A stretch of 64,000 nt of DNA from Gemmatimonadaceae bacterium (GCA_045803545.1 JBJMOW010000006.1:128001-192000), one strand, 5' to 3'; counted from the stretch's first letter, positions 1 through 9,626 are shown. Program-made: numbers and translations. Notes: generated from the letters alone by a model not told the origin.

Positions 1-163
1 CGTTGTGGCGTCGGGCCCGCGTTGCCACGCGTAACCGCTCCACAATGGCGAAGGCTTCATCGCCTTCCAGTCTGCGTATTACCCGCCCCAACGTCGCTGC
101 AAGCCAGCGGACGTCCTCATGGAGGGGTAGATCATCTTTTCGGGGAGGTGCGGGGCTTGGCAC
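1..163 (-). CDS. ppc: Phosphoenolpyruvate carboxylase, N-terminal fragment (runs off window start)
   Basis: Manual minus-strand translation from GTG at 163 gives VPSPAPPRKDDLPLHEDVRWLAATLGRVIRRLEGDEAFAIVERLRVATRARRHN, matching the PEPC N-terminal pattern LxEDVRxLxxxLGxVIxxxEGxxxFxxVExxR. Not in the ORF track. Confidence 0.7.
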   Translation of the reverse strand, partial: MPSPAPPRKDDLPLHEDVRWLAATLGRVIRRLEGDEAFAIVERLRVATRARRHN

Positions 164-263
164 GGCGGAAAAATATCATTGTCTGACGGTTAAGGGGCTA
201 TCCTGGACCCTCCGTGAATCGTCCTATGAATGCCACGATTCACAGCGCCGTCAGTTAACAAAT

Positions 264-1142
264 ATGAAGATACCTCACAGCCGTCCAATCCTTGTTTCCT
301 TCGGACTGGCGTCAACGGCACTCGTGCTGTGCGCCCTGCTCGTGCTGGAATGGAGAGGCGGTTCAGCTGCAGTCGAGTCCTTCGAATGGGTCAGTCATAC
401 CCTCGAAGTCCAGCGTGAGCTGACGACCGTCGAAGCTCGCATCAGCGAGGCAGAATCAGGACAGCGTGGCTACCTGCTCAGCGATGACCCGGAATACCTG
501 CGCCAGTACACCGAGGCGACGCGCGACGTCGCCAATCGCCTGTACAATCTCAGACAAATCGTCGCCGACAACTCCGCGCAGCTGCGCCGCTTGCTGATCA
601 TCGAATCGCTTTCCCGGCGCAAGCTCGCCGAGCTGGATTCAACGATCAAGCTGGCCCGCGCCGGCAGGAAGTCTGATGCGCTCAGTTTCACGCGCAAACC
701 CTACAGCGACAGCCTGATGACGTCGATTCGCTCCAGCCTGCGGGCGATGACTGAGGAGGAAGCGCAGGTACTGCGCGCCCGCCAGAAGGACCTGGTCAAC
801 GACATGCGGGACGCTGACATGGTTTCGATAGCCCTTAGCGGCGGTTTGGCGCTGATGTTCGTCGCACTGCTGGTGATTGCGCGCGGCGCCGAGCACTACC
901 GGAACCTCGTGACACTCTGCGCGTGGACTCGATCGGTCGAGTACGAGGGCGAGTGGATAAGCTTCGAGGAGTATCTGCGCCGCAAGTTCCAGGTAAGCAC
1001 CACTCACGGGATCTCGCCCGAAGCGTTGACGCAGATTCAGGTTGGGCTCGATGAAGACAAGGACGATAAGATCGTTCCGATCGAGCCAATTGATCCGATC
1101 GAGCCAATCGAGCCGATCGATCCCAAGAAGCTGGCTAGTTAA
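264..1142 (+). CDS. CHASE3-domain membrane sensor protein without a kinase domain
   Basis: ATG at 264; TM helix, CHASE3 motif (VSHTLEV..EAESGQRGYLLSDDPEYL), second TM, short cytoplasmic tail LCAWT..W..E.YL..HGISP, then PIEPID repeats. Confidence 0.8.
   Translation: MKIPHSRPILVSFGLASTALVLCALLVLEWRGGSAAVESFEWVSHTLEVQRELTTVEARISEAESGQRGYLLSDDPEYLRQYTEATRDVANRLYNLRQIVADNSAQLRRLLIIESLSRRKLAELDSTIKLARAGRKSDALSFTRKPYSDSLMTSIRSSLRAMTEEEAQVLRARQKDLVNDMRDADMVSIALSGGLALMFVALLVIARGAEHYRNLVTLCAWTRSVEYEGEWISFEEYLRRKFQVSTTHGISPEALTQIQVGLDEDKDDKIVPIEPIDPIEPIEPIDPKKLAS
1071..1124 (+). repeat. Imperfect 9-bp coding tandem repeat (PIE/PID) at the CHASE3 protein C-terminus
   Basis: atcgttccg atcgagcca attgatccg atcgagcca atcgagccg atcgatccc. 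Confidence 0.7.
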
Positions 1143-1180
1143 TCCACGAGCCGCGCCGGCAGCCAGGCGCGCTCGTCTAA

Positions 1181-1894
1181 CTACCGCAGTCTTCGCGCGA
1201 GGCCCGCGAGGTAATCGGCAGCCTGCGCGATCGGCTTCGCGCCAGCCATCACTGCACGATCGAGCGCCGGGATGCGCGGCTCACCATTAATGTTGCGGAT
1301 TCCGAGTCTGCGTCGCAATTCGTCGCGGAGAGCCCGCGCCGGGCGATAGAAGACTTCACGATACGTCCGCCAGGTGCGCAGGTTGTGCTCCATTAACTCG
1401 CCGCTCTGTTGATCGAGCGCTTCGTCTTTTTCTGCGTCCGAGGATGCAGCAGGCAACGGGTCAGACTCCAGGGATTTGACGAACTCGCGATCACTGCCGG
1501 CCTCAAACCGCTTCATCTCGTCGGCCAGTTGCAACGCTTCGATTTTCAGTTCGGCGGTATCGAGCACGGAGAGCTGACTGGTCAGCGTATCAGTCGTCTC
1601 GGCGACGACCCCATCCACCGCTGTCGGAGATTCGAAGCCGGTAAAACGCGGACCGGTGACCAGCAGCCACAAGAACTCCGCAAACGTCGTCACGAAATAG
1701 CACGAAGCCGCGACGACAATGAAGCGGATCACTTTTGGCTCGCCGCGCAGGACGCCGTGTCCCTGCCAGAGTATGTTAAGCGCGGCGATGGTAACGCAGC
1801 CGGCGATTCTGGTGGGTTGTGCCAGCGGAAGCTGTTCCCACGCGATCGGAGTCGCGCGCCGCAGAACGCGAATAACTATTGGAGTTCTCACCAT
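1181..1894 (-). CDS. Hypothetical membrane protein
   Basis: 237-aa ORF with two N-terminal hydrophobic segments and a helical acidic C-terminal part; no recognised motif. Confidence 0.65.
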   Translation of the reverse strand: MVRTPIVIRVLRRATPIAWEQLPLAQPTRIAGCVTIAALNILWQGHGVLRGEPKVIRFIVVAASCYFVTTFAEFLWLLVTGPRFTGFESPTAVDGVVAETTDTLTSQLSVLDTAELKIEALQLADEMKRFEAGSDREFVKSLESDPLPAASSDAEKDEALDQQSGELMEHNLRTWRTYREVFYRPARALRDELRRRLGIRNINGEPRIPALDRAVMAGAKPIAQAADYLAGLARRLR

Positions 1895-2055
1895 GAAAAG
1901 ACTGTTGCGTGAGCTAGGCAGTCACGCTACCACAGAAGAGTTTCGGAGCAAGTAGGTGTTACCTATTTGCTGATTTGCTTCTTGCCTGGCCGGTTAACGC
2001 GAAACCTTTACGCGATGATGTCGTAAGGGAAAACTCGCTCGAGCACAACACCACA

Positions 2056-2838
2056 ATGAACTCCGGCTATACGGACGAACTTCCGCTTCTCTACGACCAC
2101 GTTGCCCTTTACGGGTCACGAGGTGACATCGGATTCTACGTCGACCTTGCTCGGGGTACCAAAGGCGATGTTCTTGAGCTGGGATGTGGTAGCGGTCGTA
2201 TCCTGCTGCCCATCGCTCGACTGGGTAAGCGCATCGATGGTCTTGATTCCTCAGAGGCGATGCTGGCTCGGTGCGCGCGCAAACTCGACGCGGAGCCGAA
2301 TTCTGTAAAGGCCAAGGTCTCGTTGCACGGCGGCGATGCACGTGGCTTTGATCTCGGCCGCGTGTTTGCACTGGTCATAGCGCCGTTCCGCGTACTTCAG
2401 AATCTATGTTCCATCGACGACCAGCTCGGATTCCTTAGAAGCGCCGCCCGCCATCTCGCCGGCGACGGCCGCCTCGCGTTTGACGTCTTCAATCCCAACT
2501 TCAGCGCTATGGTCGCCTCCGACGGGATAGAACGCGAAGACACGCCACCAACAACCTTGCCCGACGGCCGCGTTTTTCGGCGCACTGCTCGCGTAAAACG
2601 TGTACGGAGGGTGGATCAGATCAGTGAGATCGACCTCACGTACTACCTGATCAACGCCAGCGGGGAAGACGTGCCTCTGTTCGTACACTCACTCGAAATG
2701 CGGTGGTACTTGCGATCGGAACTGGTGCATCTCATCGAGCGGTCGGGAATGGCCATCGAGGCTATTTATGGTGACTTTGACGGGAGCCCGCTGACCGACG
2801 CATCGCCGGAAATCATCGCTATCACGCGGCCCAAATAG
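2056..2838 (+). CDS. Class I SAM-dependent methyltransferase
   Basis: Motif I VLELGCGSGR, GLDSSEAML, GDARGF; ATG at 2056 is in frame with the ORF. Confidence 0.9.
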   Translation: MNSGYTDELPLLYDHVALYGSRGDIGFYVDLARGTKGDVLELGCGSGRILLPIARLGKRIDGLDSSEAMLARCARKLDAEPNSVKAKVSLHGGDARGFDLGRVFALVIAPFRVLQNLCSIDDQLGFLRSAARHLAGDGRLAFDVFNPNFSAMVASDGIEREDTPPTTLPDGRVFRRTARVKRVRRVDQISEIDLTYYLINASGEDVPLFVHSLEMRWYLRSELVHLIERSGMAIEAIYGDFDGSPLTDASPEIIAITRPK

Positions 2839-2855
2839 TCTTTAGGTCGATTGGC

Positions 2856-3398
2856 TTACAGCGGTCGGGACATTATGTGGTCGTCGCCGATTTGCTCGCC
2901 GAAATGAAATGCTGCAGATCCGACTGCGGTAAACCCCATCCGCTGATAGAACCCGATCGCCCACGGCGCCTCTTTCCAGACTTGGAGCCAGATCGTGTCG
3001 GCGCTTCGCTGGCGCGACTCGTGGAAGCATTTCTCCATCAGCGCCGCACCAATCCCGCGGCCCTGCGCGGCTGCCTCGACGTAGAATCGCACCACCTCGA
3101 AGCTGTTGTAGCTGCTCACGCCCTCGGGAAGCTCTCTAGTTTTGCGGAGAAACGCGTAACCGAGCGGATGCGTCGTTTCGTCCTCGGCGACGAACATGGT
3201 CACATCACCGTCTGTGATTTCGTCGCGGACTTTATCGCCCGAGAATGAACGCGCGAGATACCGACTGAGCTCCGGTTCCGGATGCGTTGGTCCGTATGCC
3301 TCCGTAAACAGTCGCGCGGCTAGCTCCCCCAGCATCTTCGCGTCGCTTGCCGTGCACCGGCGGATTGCGAATTCACTCGCGGTGCGCGTCGCCATCAC
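2856..3398 (-). CDS. GNAT family N-acetyltransferase (PaiA-like)
   Basis: Acetyl-CoA motif RFYV..AQGRGIGAALM, IWLQVW, AIGFYQRMGF. Confidence 0.9.
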   Translation of the reverse strand: MMATRTASEFAIRRCTASDAKMLGELAARLFTEAYGPTHPEPELSRYLARSFSGDKVRDEITDGDVTMFVAEDETTHPLGYAFLRKTRELPEGVSSYNSFEVVRFYVEAAAQGRGIGAALMEKCFHESRQRSADTIWLQVWKEAPWAIGFYQRMGFTAVGSAAFHFGEQIGDDHIMSRPL

Positions 3399-4618
3399 CG
3401 CACTCCGGAAATTGCGCGAATGAGCTGGCCGTCATCGGCGCCGATTTCCCAAATAATGATGCCGCCGAGGTTGTGCTCGCGCATGTAGTCTACTTTGGCC
3501 CGCACGGATTGCGGATCGTCGTAGGTGATCCACGTTCCGTTCAACGCATCGTACAGCCAGGGAACTTTTGCCGACGCTTCCCAATGCCGAACGTAGCGGG
3601 GATCGCTGAGCCGCGTGCGCGACAGTCTGCGCCAGTCGCCGTCCGATTCGTGCCAGTCACGCGGCTTGCCGGGCGACGGTTGAAAGAGTCCCGCGTTGGT
3701 CTTCGGAACGCGCCCATACGCGCGAGCAAAGAATGGCACACCGACGAGCAACTTTTGCGACGGCACACCTCCCTGCTCGAACGCGCGCATCGAAGCGTCG
3801 ACGTTGAGGTCGGGAGTCGGATCGTTCCTGGCCGCGAACAGCGGCGCGTTGAAGTGCGCGATCGGACCTTCGGTGTGATAGTCATACGTCATCACGTTGA
3901 TGAAATCGAGCAGCGGAGTGATCTGCGCCAGCTCGACGTTCGCGATCTCCGATGGTCGCGCTGAAGCGGCGATGGTCAGCTCATAATGACGGTTGTCGAC
4001 TTTGCCCTGCGCATCCAGCTGACGACGCAGCTCGGCCAGCAGCAGCGTAAAGTTGTGCTTGTCTGCCGGTCTCTCGACGTTACCCTTGAGCCCGCCCTGT
4101 ACCGGAAATTCCCAATCGATGTCGATGCCGTCGAACAGTCCGGGCCATTTGTGGAAGAAGAGCTCGATCGCAGACTCAGTAAACCGCTTGCGCGATTCAT
4201 CGGTCAGCGCAGCATCGGAGAACCGCGCCGATCCGCCCCACCCACCGATCGAGATCGTGAGCTTCAGATGTGGATTCTTCGCCTTGAGCTTGCGCAGCTC
4301 GCCAAAGTTTCCGCCCGGTTGCCCGGACGACGATTCGCCACGTCCGCACACGCCGATGTCGACACACCGATCGCCGAGCACCACCTCGCCTGACGCGTCT
4401 ATCAGCGCGAAGGCGTAGTAGATGTGAGTAAGCTGGTTTGCCGGCAGTTTTGCGATGGGGGTGCCTTTCGACTTCACTCCCCACGAGGCTAGGTAACCCA
4501 CGACGCGCATGGGGGGCGCGGCGGCTGTGAATGGAGCCGCACCGGTCGCCACGACGAGTGTCGTTAGAGCAGCGAGCGCAATGGCGGCGTATAGTCCGCT
4601 GCGCAATCTGCCAATCAC
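3395..4618 (-). CDS. Glycoside hydrolase family 18 chitinase, secreted
   Basis: SIGGW and catalytic FDGIDIDWEFP (DxxDxDxE), VMTYDY, C-terminal IIWE; signal peptide. Start placed at GTG 4618 because the longer ORF runs through a non-coding hairpin. Confidence 0.9.
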   Translation of the reverse strand: MIGRLRSGLYAAIALAALTTLVVATGAAPFTAAAPPMRVVGYLASWGVKSKGTPIAKLPANQLTHIYYAFALIDASGEVVLGDRCVDIGVCGRGESSSGQPGGNFGELRKLKAKNPHLKLTISIGGWGGSARFSDAALTDESRKRFTESAIELFFHKWPGLFDGIDIDWEFPVQGGLKGNVERPADKHNFTLLLAELRRQLDAQGKVDNRHYELTIAASARPSEIANVELAQITPLLDFINVMTYDYHTEGPIAHFNAPLFAARNDPTPDLNVDASMRAFEQGGVPSQKLLVGVPFFARAYGRVPKTNAGLFQPSPGKPRDWHESDGDWRRLSRTRLSDPRYVRHWEASAKVPWLYDALNGTWITYDDPQSVRAKVDYMREHNLGGIIIWEIGADDGQLIRAISGVR

Positions 4619-4620
4619 AG

Positions 4621-4768
4621 AACGAAAGCCGGGAGCTACCAGCTTAGGGAGCCTATTAGCTCGGAGCACGGTTGTAAGCACGCCCTCATATAAGGTTGCG
4701 CGCACCCAAAAATCAAACCGTGCTCGGCGCTAAGCTGCTCCCTAAGCTGGCAGCTCCCGGCTTTCGTT
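4621..4768. repeat. Long intergenic inverted repeat (53-bp arms, 42-nt loop)
   Basis: 4621-4673 is the reverse complement of 4716-4768 with 6 differences by manual alignment. Confidence 0.9.
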
Positions 4769-4815
4769 TCGTGGATGCTAGCCCGCGACTAGCCTCTCCG
4801 CCGTCCGTCCGATCC

Positions 4816-5967
4816 CTATGCTGCGTCCGGCCGCGGCAGTGTAAACGAGAACGTCGCCCCCTGCCCCGGCTGTGTCTCGCACCATATCATGCCGCCGTGC
4901 GCTTCGACCATTCCCTTGGCGATGGGGAGGCCGAGGCCGACGCCGCGGTGGTCGTTGCGGGATTGCCAGAAGTTGTCGAAAAGGTGTTCGACATCCCCGG
5001 GATTGATGCCGGGGCCGGTGTCCGATACGTGAAACGCGACGTTGTGTCCGTTTGGTGAAGCGCGCAGGGTAACCGTGCCGCGCTCTGGTGTGAACTTGAG
5101 GGCGTTGCCAACCAGATTGCCCATGATCTGAGACACCCGAAACGGATCCGCGCGCACCACGACGTCGTCGCCGGGCGGAACGGCGACCAGCTCGATGCTG
5201 CGATTCGCAGCGAGCGGGCGGAATGCCTCTTCGGTCTGGGAGAAGATCGTCTTTACCGGCAGTTCTTCGACGTCGAGCGTGAATTTTCCCGCCTGCAGTC
5301 GCACCGTGTCGAGCAAGTCTGCGATCAAGCGGTTCATCTGCCTGGCCGACCGCATCATCACCGACAACAGCTGCCTTTTCTTGAACCGGTCCAACCTCTC
5401 CTGCAGCATCAGGTCCGCCGAGCTGACGATGATGCTCAATGGATTGCGTAGATCGTGTGCAACGACCGCAAGAACTTCCTCGCGCGCCCGCGCCATCAGT
5501 TCCGCGGTGCGACGACGCTCACGCTCGTCGTTGTAGCTGCGCCCGACTTCCTCGTTCATGCGCTTGAGCTCTGCCGCGCGCAATTCCGCGAGCGCACGTG
5601 CACGCTGCAGCGCTGTCATCGTAGCGGTGATCGTCACGGAGACGATCAGGAAAGCGATGATCTCGAGCGCCTCGATTCTATCGATGCGGAGAGAGCCACC
5701 GGGCGCGAAAAAGTTGATGTCGATCAGCACCAATGCGAGCAGCGTCGCCACGCTGCTTGGTCCTACGCCGCCGTACCACGCCGAAAGTGCAACCGCAGGA
5801 ACAAAGAACAAAAAGCTCGGCGTAGGTCCATCGCGACGTAGGACGAGTGTAGCTGCCAACGCTATTGCAGTAGCGGCAAATGCAAGCGCGAAACGCGCCA
5901 GGTGCAATCGTATGTTTACCGACCGTGGTTTCGTCACTTGGCCGTGATTCAGGTCGCTCACCAGCAC
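4816..5967 (-). CDS. Sensor histidine kinase with DUF4118-type TM region
   Basis: Four TM helices, H-box VAHDLRNPL, N-box NLVGNALKF, G-boxes DTGPG and GVGLGL. Start uncertain. Confidence 0.92.
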   Translation of the reverse strand: MLVSDLNHGQVTKPRSVNIRLHLARFALAFAATAIALAATLVLRRDGPTPSFLFFVPAVALSAWYGGVGPSSVATLLALVLIDINFFAPGGSLRIDRIEALEIIAFLIVSVTITATMTALQRARALAELRAAELKRMNEEVGRSYNDERERRRTAELMARAREEVLAVVAHDLRNPLSIIVSSADLMLQERLDRFKKRQLLSVMMRSARQMNRLIADLLDTVRLQAGKFTLDVEELPVKTIFSQTEEAFRPLAANRSIELVAVPPGDDVVVRADPFRVSQIMGNLVGNALKFTPERGTVTLRASPNGHNVAFHVSDTGPGINPGDVEHLFDNFWQSRNDHRGVGLGLPIAKGMVEAHGGMIWCETQPGQGATFSFTLPRPDAA

Positions 5968-6087
5968 TCTGATTACGCCGCTGCAACCGATAGCGTTGAC
6001 GCGACCTATGTAGTCCTTGTGTCATTTCGTCGTGTTGTGTGCGGAATTTGCTAATGTCGGCAGTGAACGCCTAACCAGAGGATTGAC

Positions 6088-6420
6088 ATGAAATTCCTTA
6101 CCATCGCGGCGACTGTAGTTGGCTACGCGGCACTGGTCGCCGCCGCGCCAGCTCCGGCGCCAGTGCCGGTGCACAGCGCGTGGACCTTGCAGCAGGCCTG
6201 TCCGGCAGCGCCCGCAGTCGCCCGCGGCTATTTGGCCAATCAGGTATCGGCCGGCCGCAAGCTGACGATGTCACGCGCCGCCGCCGTCGCCGAGATCACG
6301 AAGATCACTGGCACCGACGGAGAGTTTGCGGGCCTCAAGCCGTGCGACTCGGGTTACCCGAACGCGGTGCGGTTCTACCTCGACGAAGTGATCAAGGCCG
6401 GCACAAACAACAGCGTTTAG
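6088..6420 (+). CDS. Small secreted hypothetical protein
   Basis: GAGGA Shine-Dalgarno, signal peptide, Pro/Ala linker, two Cys. Confidence 0.7.
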   Translation: MKFLTIAATVVGYAALVAAAPAPAPVPVHSAWTLQQACPAAPAVARGYLANQVSAGRKLTMSRAAAVAEITKITGTDGEFAGLKPCDSGYPNAVRFYLDEVIKAGTNNSV

Positions 6421-6422
6421 AC

Positions 6423-7520
6423 CTAACGGCGGTCGATACAGGGCTCGATAATCTGACGCTTCGCGGAGCGCGGGTCGTTGATCGTTTCGTAAAACTCGTC
6501 GAAATATTTCAACGTCTCGCGCACCGTGTCGTCGTCCAGCAGCTTGCCAATCGGGTCACGATATAGCGCGTAGATCTCGGCCCTCTTCTCGTTGAACAGT
6601 GCGAAGACCTTCGTGAACATCGCCGGATCGCCGCAGTAACCGCGGAAAAGTCTCCGGCGCACGTTCGGAAGGTTGAGCCTCTCGTCTGGAATCGCGTACG
6701 ACGCGTTCACTGCACCGGCGAAATCAAAGTCGTAGGCAATTGGCATCACGTTGCCATCGTTGGTGAATAGCAGCTCGACGTTGTGCAGGCCGGCTACCGA
6801 GAAATCCGTGTTCCCGATCATGTACTGGAACACGCCGAATAGCGCATTCTGGAACGGGTCCAGATCAGATCCGCCAGCGCCCTTCTGCTCCATGACTTTT
6901 CCATTCAGTCTCGAGCCGAGCGAACCTGGTTCCTCCATGATGAACCCGAACCTGTGCGCGCGCACTTTTCCGCTGCCGCTGTCGGCGTACGTGAACTTGA
7001 GCAGCCGCGCGCGATGACTGATCGGCGTCAGTATCTGATAGACGCGATAGAGCTGGAATTCCTCGAGGAGGTAGCGCTCATACCCGTCGCGATCCTGGCA
7101 GTAGCTCACCAGCTTTGGCTTGTCGAGCCGGCTGAAGATCGTTCCTTTGGAAGTTTCACCGCTGAAATTCAGCTTGAGCGGCGGGAAGTCGCACATCCTA
7201 AGACGCCAGATTCCGCGCGTGCGTGCTTTGAGTGGAAGGGAAACCGTCGCGCCGGCAGTGTCCTTGTACGACATCGTCGCCGGACGCCACGGTGCTTCAG
7301 CGCCCTTGTCGCCTCGAATCCTGCCGATATTCGTGGTGAAGGTCACCTCCAGCGGCTCCTGAGCGTCGTACAGCGGTGCAGGTACGAAAGTCTTGGTGTG
7401 TTCGACCTTGACCGCTGGCGTTTGCTGAGTGCTGGCTACAACAGGCTCCTGCGCACTCACTCCTGAAGAAATGAGCGCGGCACACGAGCAGGCAAAGAGA
7501 TAGGTGCGGGTTGCCGGCAC
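6423..7520 (-). CDS. Secreted hypothetical protein, possible CotH-like atypical kinase fold
   Basis: Signal peptide; RTRGIWR..CDFPPL, YMIGNTD....HN and PIAYDFDFAG resemble CotH-like motifs. Confidence 0.7.
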   Translation of the reverse strand: MPATRTYLFACSCAALISSGVSAQEPVVASTQQTPAVKVEHTKTFVPAPLYDAQEPLEVTFTTNIGRIRGDKGAEAPWRPATMSYKDTAGATVSLPLKARTRGIWRLRMCDFPPLKLNFSGETSKGTIFSRLDKPKLVSYCQDRDGYERYLLEEFQLYRVYQILTPISHRARLLKFTYADSGSGKVRAHRFGFIMEEPGSLGSRLNGKVMEQKGAGGSDLDPFQNALFGVFQYMIGNTDFSVAGLHNVELLFTNDGNVMPIAYDFDFAGAVNASYAIPDERLNLPNVRRRLFRGYCGDPAMFTKVFALFNEKRAEIYALYRDPIGKLLDDDTVRETLKYFDEFYETINDPRSAKRQIIEPCIDRR

Positions 7521-7620
7521 GGTCTACCTCCGAGAGACGGACGCTCGAATATTGTGCGAGCATCTGGTTCGCGCCATAGCGAGTCGATGGCGCCATGACG
7601 ACCTCGCTCGACGATCGCCC

Positions 7621-7662
7621 TAAAAAAAACAAAACCCGCCGAGTTAGCTCGACGGGCTTTGT
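7621..7662 (-). terminator. Rho-independent terminator of the HEAT/lipoprotein unit
   Basis: Minus strand: GCCCGUCGAG-CUAA-CUCGGCGGGU followed by UUUGUUUUUUUU. Confidence 0.85.
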
Positions 7663-7680
7663 CCCCTCTCCAGCGAAGCC

Positions 7681-8139
7681 TTACAGGCTCCACTGCAGTC
7701 GTTCAACAAAAATGGGTTTAGCGAAACGTCCCAACAGCGTCGCCGTACTCTGAACCTGAGAGTAGCTCTCCGGTCCGACCACGACGTAGAGTGCGCCGTT
7801 CCGCAGAAATCTGTCGCGCGCCATGATGCCGCGCAGAAGCGGAACGATCAATCTTGCATCCGCACCGCTGACCGCCCGCAGATCCACGATCAACCGCTCC
7901 GCGGAAACCGCGTCGGCACTCTCGAACATCCGCCTGATCAGCACATGGATCGGCTCACGCCCGTCATCCTGCAGTCCGGCGAACCGAACGTAGACGGTTC
8001 GATGTGATGCATCGATCGCAAATGTGCTTACCGGTCCTTCCGCGCTCATTACCGCCGGCGCGTCGGGAGTCGACTTGACGGTCGTCGGCTCGACGCAACC
8101 CAATGCGAGTAGAGCGCATGCTATGCGAATCATGTTCAT
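7681..8139 (-). CDS. Hypothetical lipoprotein
   Basis: Lipobox LALGC, GAGG SD; a VYVRF..LIVDLR segment is reminiscent of an S41/ClpP-crotonase fragment. Confidence 0.75.
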   Translation of the reverse strand: MNMIRIACALLALGCVEPTTVKSTPDAPAVMSAEGPVSTFAIDASHRTVYVRFAGLQDDGREPIHVLIRRMFESADAVSAERLIVDLRAVSGADARLIVPLLRGIMARDRFLRNGALYVVVGPESYSQVQSTATLLGRFAKPIFVERLQWSL

Positions 8140-8148
8140 ACCTCGATC

Positions 8149-9531
8149 TCACGGAAATGGACGCGGACGCGGCCATGGCCACGGCCACGGGTCGAACGAG
8201 CGCGCGCCAGCCAGTCCGCGTACCGCTGCTTCGCGCACTTGCGGATCACTCGAGTTGAGTAGCTCGGTTAATGTTGCCTCCGAGCTCTCGCCCGATTTCA
8301 TCAATGCACGGATCAACGCTTTTCTGACACGATCGTTGCGCTCCGATTTGAGCGCGTCACGAATGGCAGACAGCGCATTCCGGTCCTGCATCTGTCCAAG
8401 CGCCCAGGCTGCCTTGAGCCGCGTGTCCGTGTTCTCGTCCGACAGCAACCGCAGCAATCCTGCGGGCGCACTCGCCCCCTCGTCGTCCAGCTGGCCAAGC
8501 GCCCACGCAGCCGTGCCTCGGACATAAGCACTGCGATCGGAGGTTGCTGCATCGAGCAGAGCAACCGATGCATGGTCACCGATGTTGCCGAGCGCCCACA
8601 CCGCAGTCTCGCGCACGCGCTCTTCACTGTCGCTGCGGATTGCATTTCCAAGCGCCGACACGCCACGCGTGTCTTCAATGTTGCCAAGCGCCCACGCCGC
8701 CATTTCACGCACGCGTGGTTCGGCGTCTCGTCCGAGCACCTCGATCAGCGCGGGTACACCTTCCCTTGCCTCCATCTTGCCGAGTGCCCACGCAGCAACT
8801 CGGCGAACGTTGGGCGAATTGTCCTGTCGCGCGACACGGATCAACGCCGGAACAGCGCTGGTGGACTCGAGGTGGCCAACAGCAGCGACGGCCGCCTCCC
8901 GCACCTTCTCGGCGTCGTCGCTGAAGAGATTGACCAGCGGATTGAGCGCGCGTCCATTCTCGATCCTGCCGAGCGCCCAGGCAGAATTCGCGCGCACTTC
9001 CACGGCAGCATCACGCAGTGCGCGTATCAGCGGCTCTACCCCCGTTTGTGCCTCGACGAGACCAAGTCCAAGCGCCGCGACGGCGCGCGTAGGTCCGTCG
9101 CTCGCACCCAACCGAGTGACGAGCTCACTGCCAACCGTCTCAGCTCTTTGAGTTCCGATCAATCGCACCGAGAGCTCCCGCACGCACGCATCGTCCGAAG
9201 ACAGACCCGCAAAAAGACGCTGTACATCTTCAGTCGAAAACGCGCGGCCGTCATGACCGCTGTACGTCAGCGGCCCCGACGATGCAGCGAGCGGCGTGTA
9301 CGGCGCGTCCGCCCAACCGCCCCAACCATTCCCGACCGACCCTGCGGCCAACGAGCAGATCATCGGCGGTGCGCCGCGCGCAGCTGTCAGCAGCGCAGCC
9401 ACATCGATGGTGGCGCGCTGCTGTCCTTCGTCAGAGCTCCAACTCGACTCTTTCACAGTGGCAGCTGCCGGGACATTGGTTAGCGACGAAAAGGCAAACG
9501 TCGCGAGCGCCAGTCCGATTATGCGTTGCAT
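8149..9531 (-). CDS. Secreted HEAT/PBS-lyase repeat protein
   Basis: ATG 9531 with GGAG SD, signal peptide, repeated D....VR..AAWALG units, C-terminal PWPWPWPRPRPFP. Confidence 0.9.
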   Translation of the reverse strand: MQRIIGLALATFAFSSLTNVPAAATVKESSWSSDEGQQRATIDVAALLTAARGAPPMICSLAAGSVGNGWGGWADAPYTPLAASSGPLTYSGHDGRAFSTEDVQRLFAGLSSDDACVRELSVRLIGTQRAETVGSELVTRLGASDGPTRAVAALGLGLVEAQTGVEPLIRALRDAAVEVRANSAWALGRIENGRALNPLVNLFSDDAEKVREAAVAAVGHLESTSAVPALIRVARQDNSPNVRRVAAWALGKMEAREGVPALIEVLGRDAEPRVREMAAWALGNIEDTRGVSALGNAIRSDSEERVRETAVWALGNIGDHASVALLDAATSDRSAYVRGTAAWALGQLDDEGASAPAGLLRLLSDENTDTRLKAAWALGQMQDRNALSAIRDALKSERNDRVRKALIRALMKSGESSEATLTELLNSSDPQVREAAVRGLAGARSFDPWPWPWPRPRPFP

Positions 9532-9568
9532 GATTACTCCGTTCATGAAGCCCGCCTTGTTGCGGGAA

Positions 9569-9584
9569 GTTGAAAATTCAGCAC
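9569..9584. promoter_or_regulatory. Putative BlaI-1 operator upstream of the HEAT gene
   Basis: GTTGAAAATTCAGCAC is the exact reverse complement of 12252-12267 upstream of blaI-1. Confidence 0.7.
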
Positions 9585-9592
9585 TGACCTTC

Positions 9593-9623
9593 AAAAGAGA
9601 GGGCGCCGACCTGGCGCCCTCTC
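9593..9623 (-). terminator. Rho-independent terminator after the M56-HEAT gene
   Basis: Minus strand GAGAGGGCGCC-AGGTC-GGCGCCCTCTC-TTTT. Confidence 0.8.
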
Positions 9624-9626
9624 CGA

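Noticed and set aside
4619..4705. N-terminal extension of GH18 in the ORF track
   Set aside because: It runs through a hairpin arm and would bury the signal peptide.
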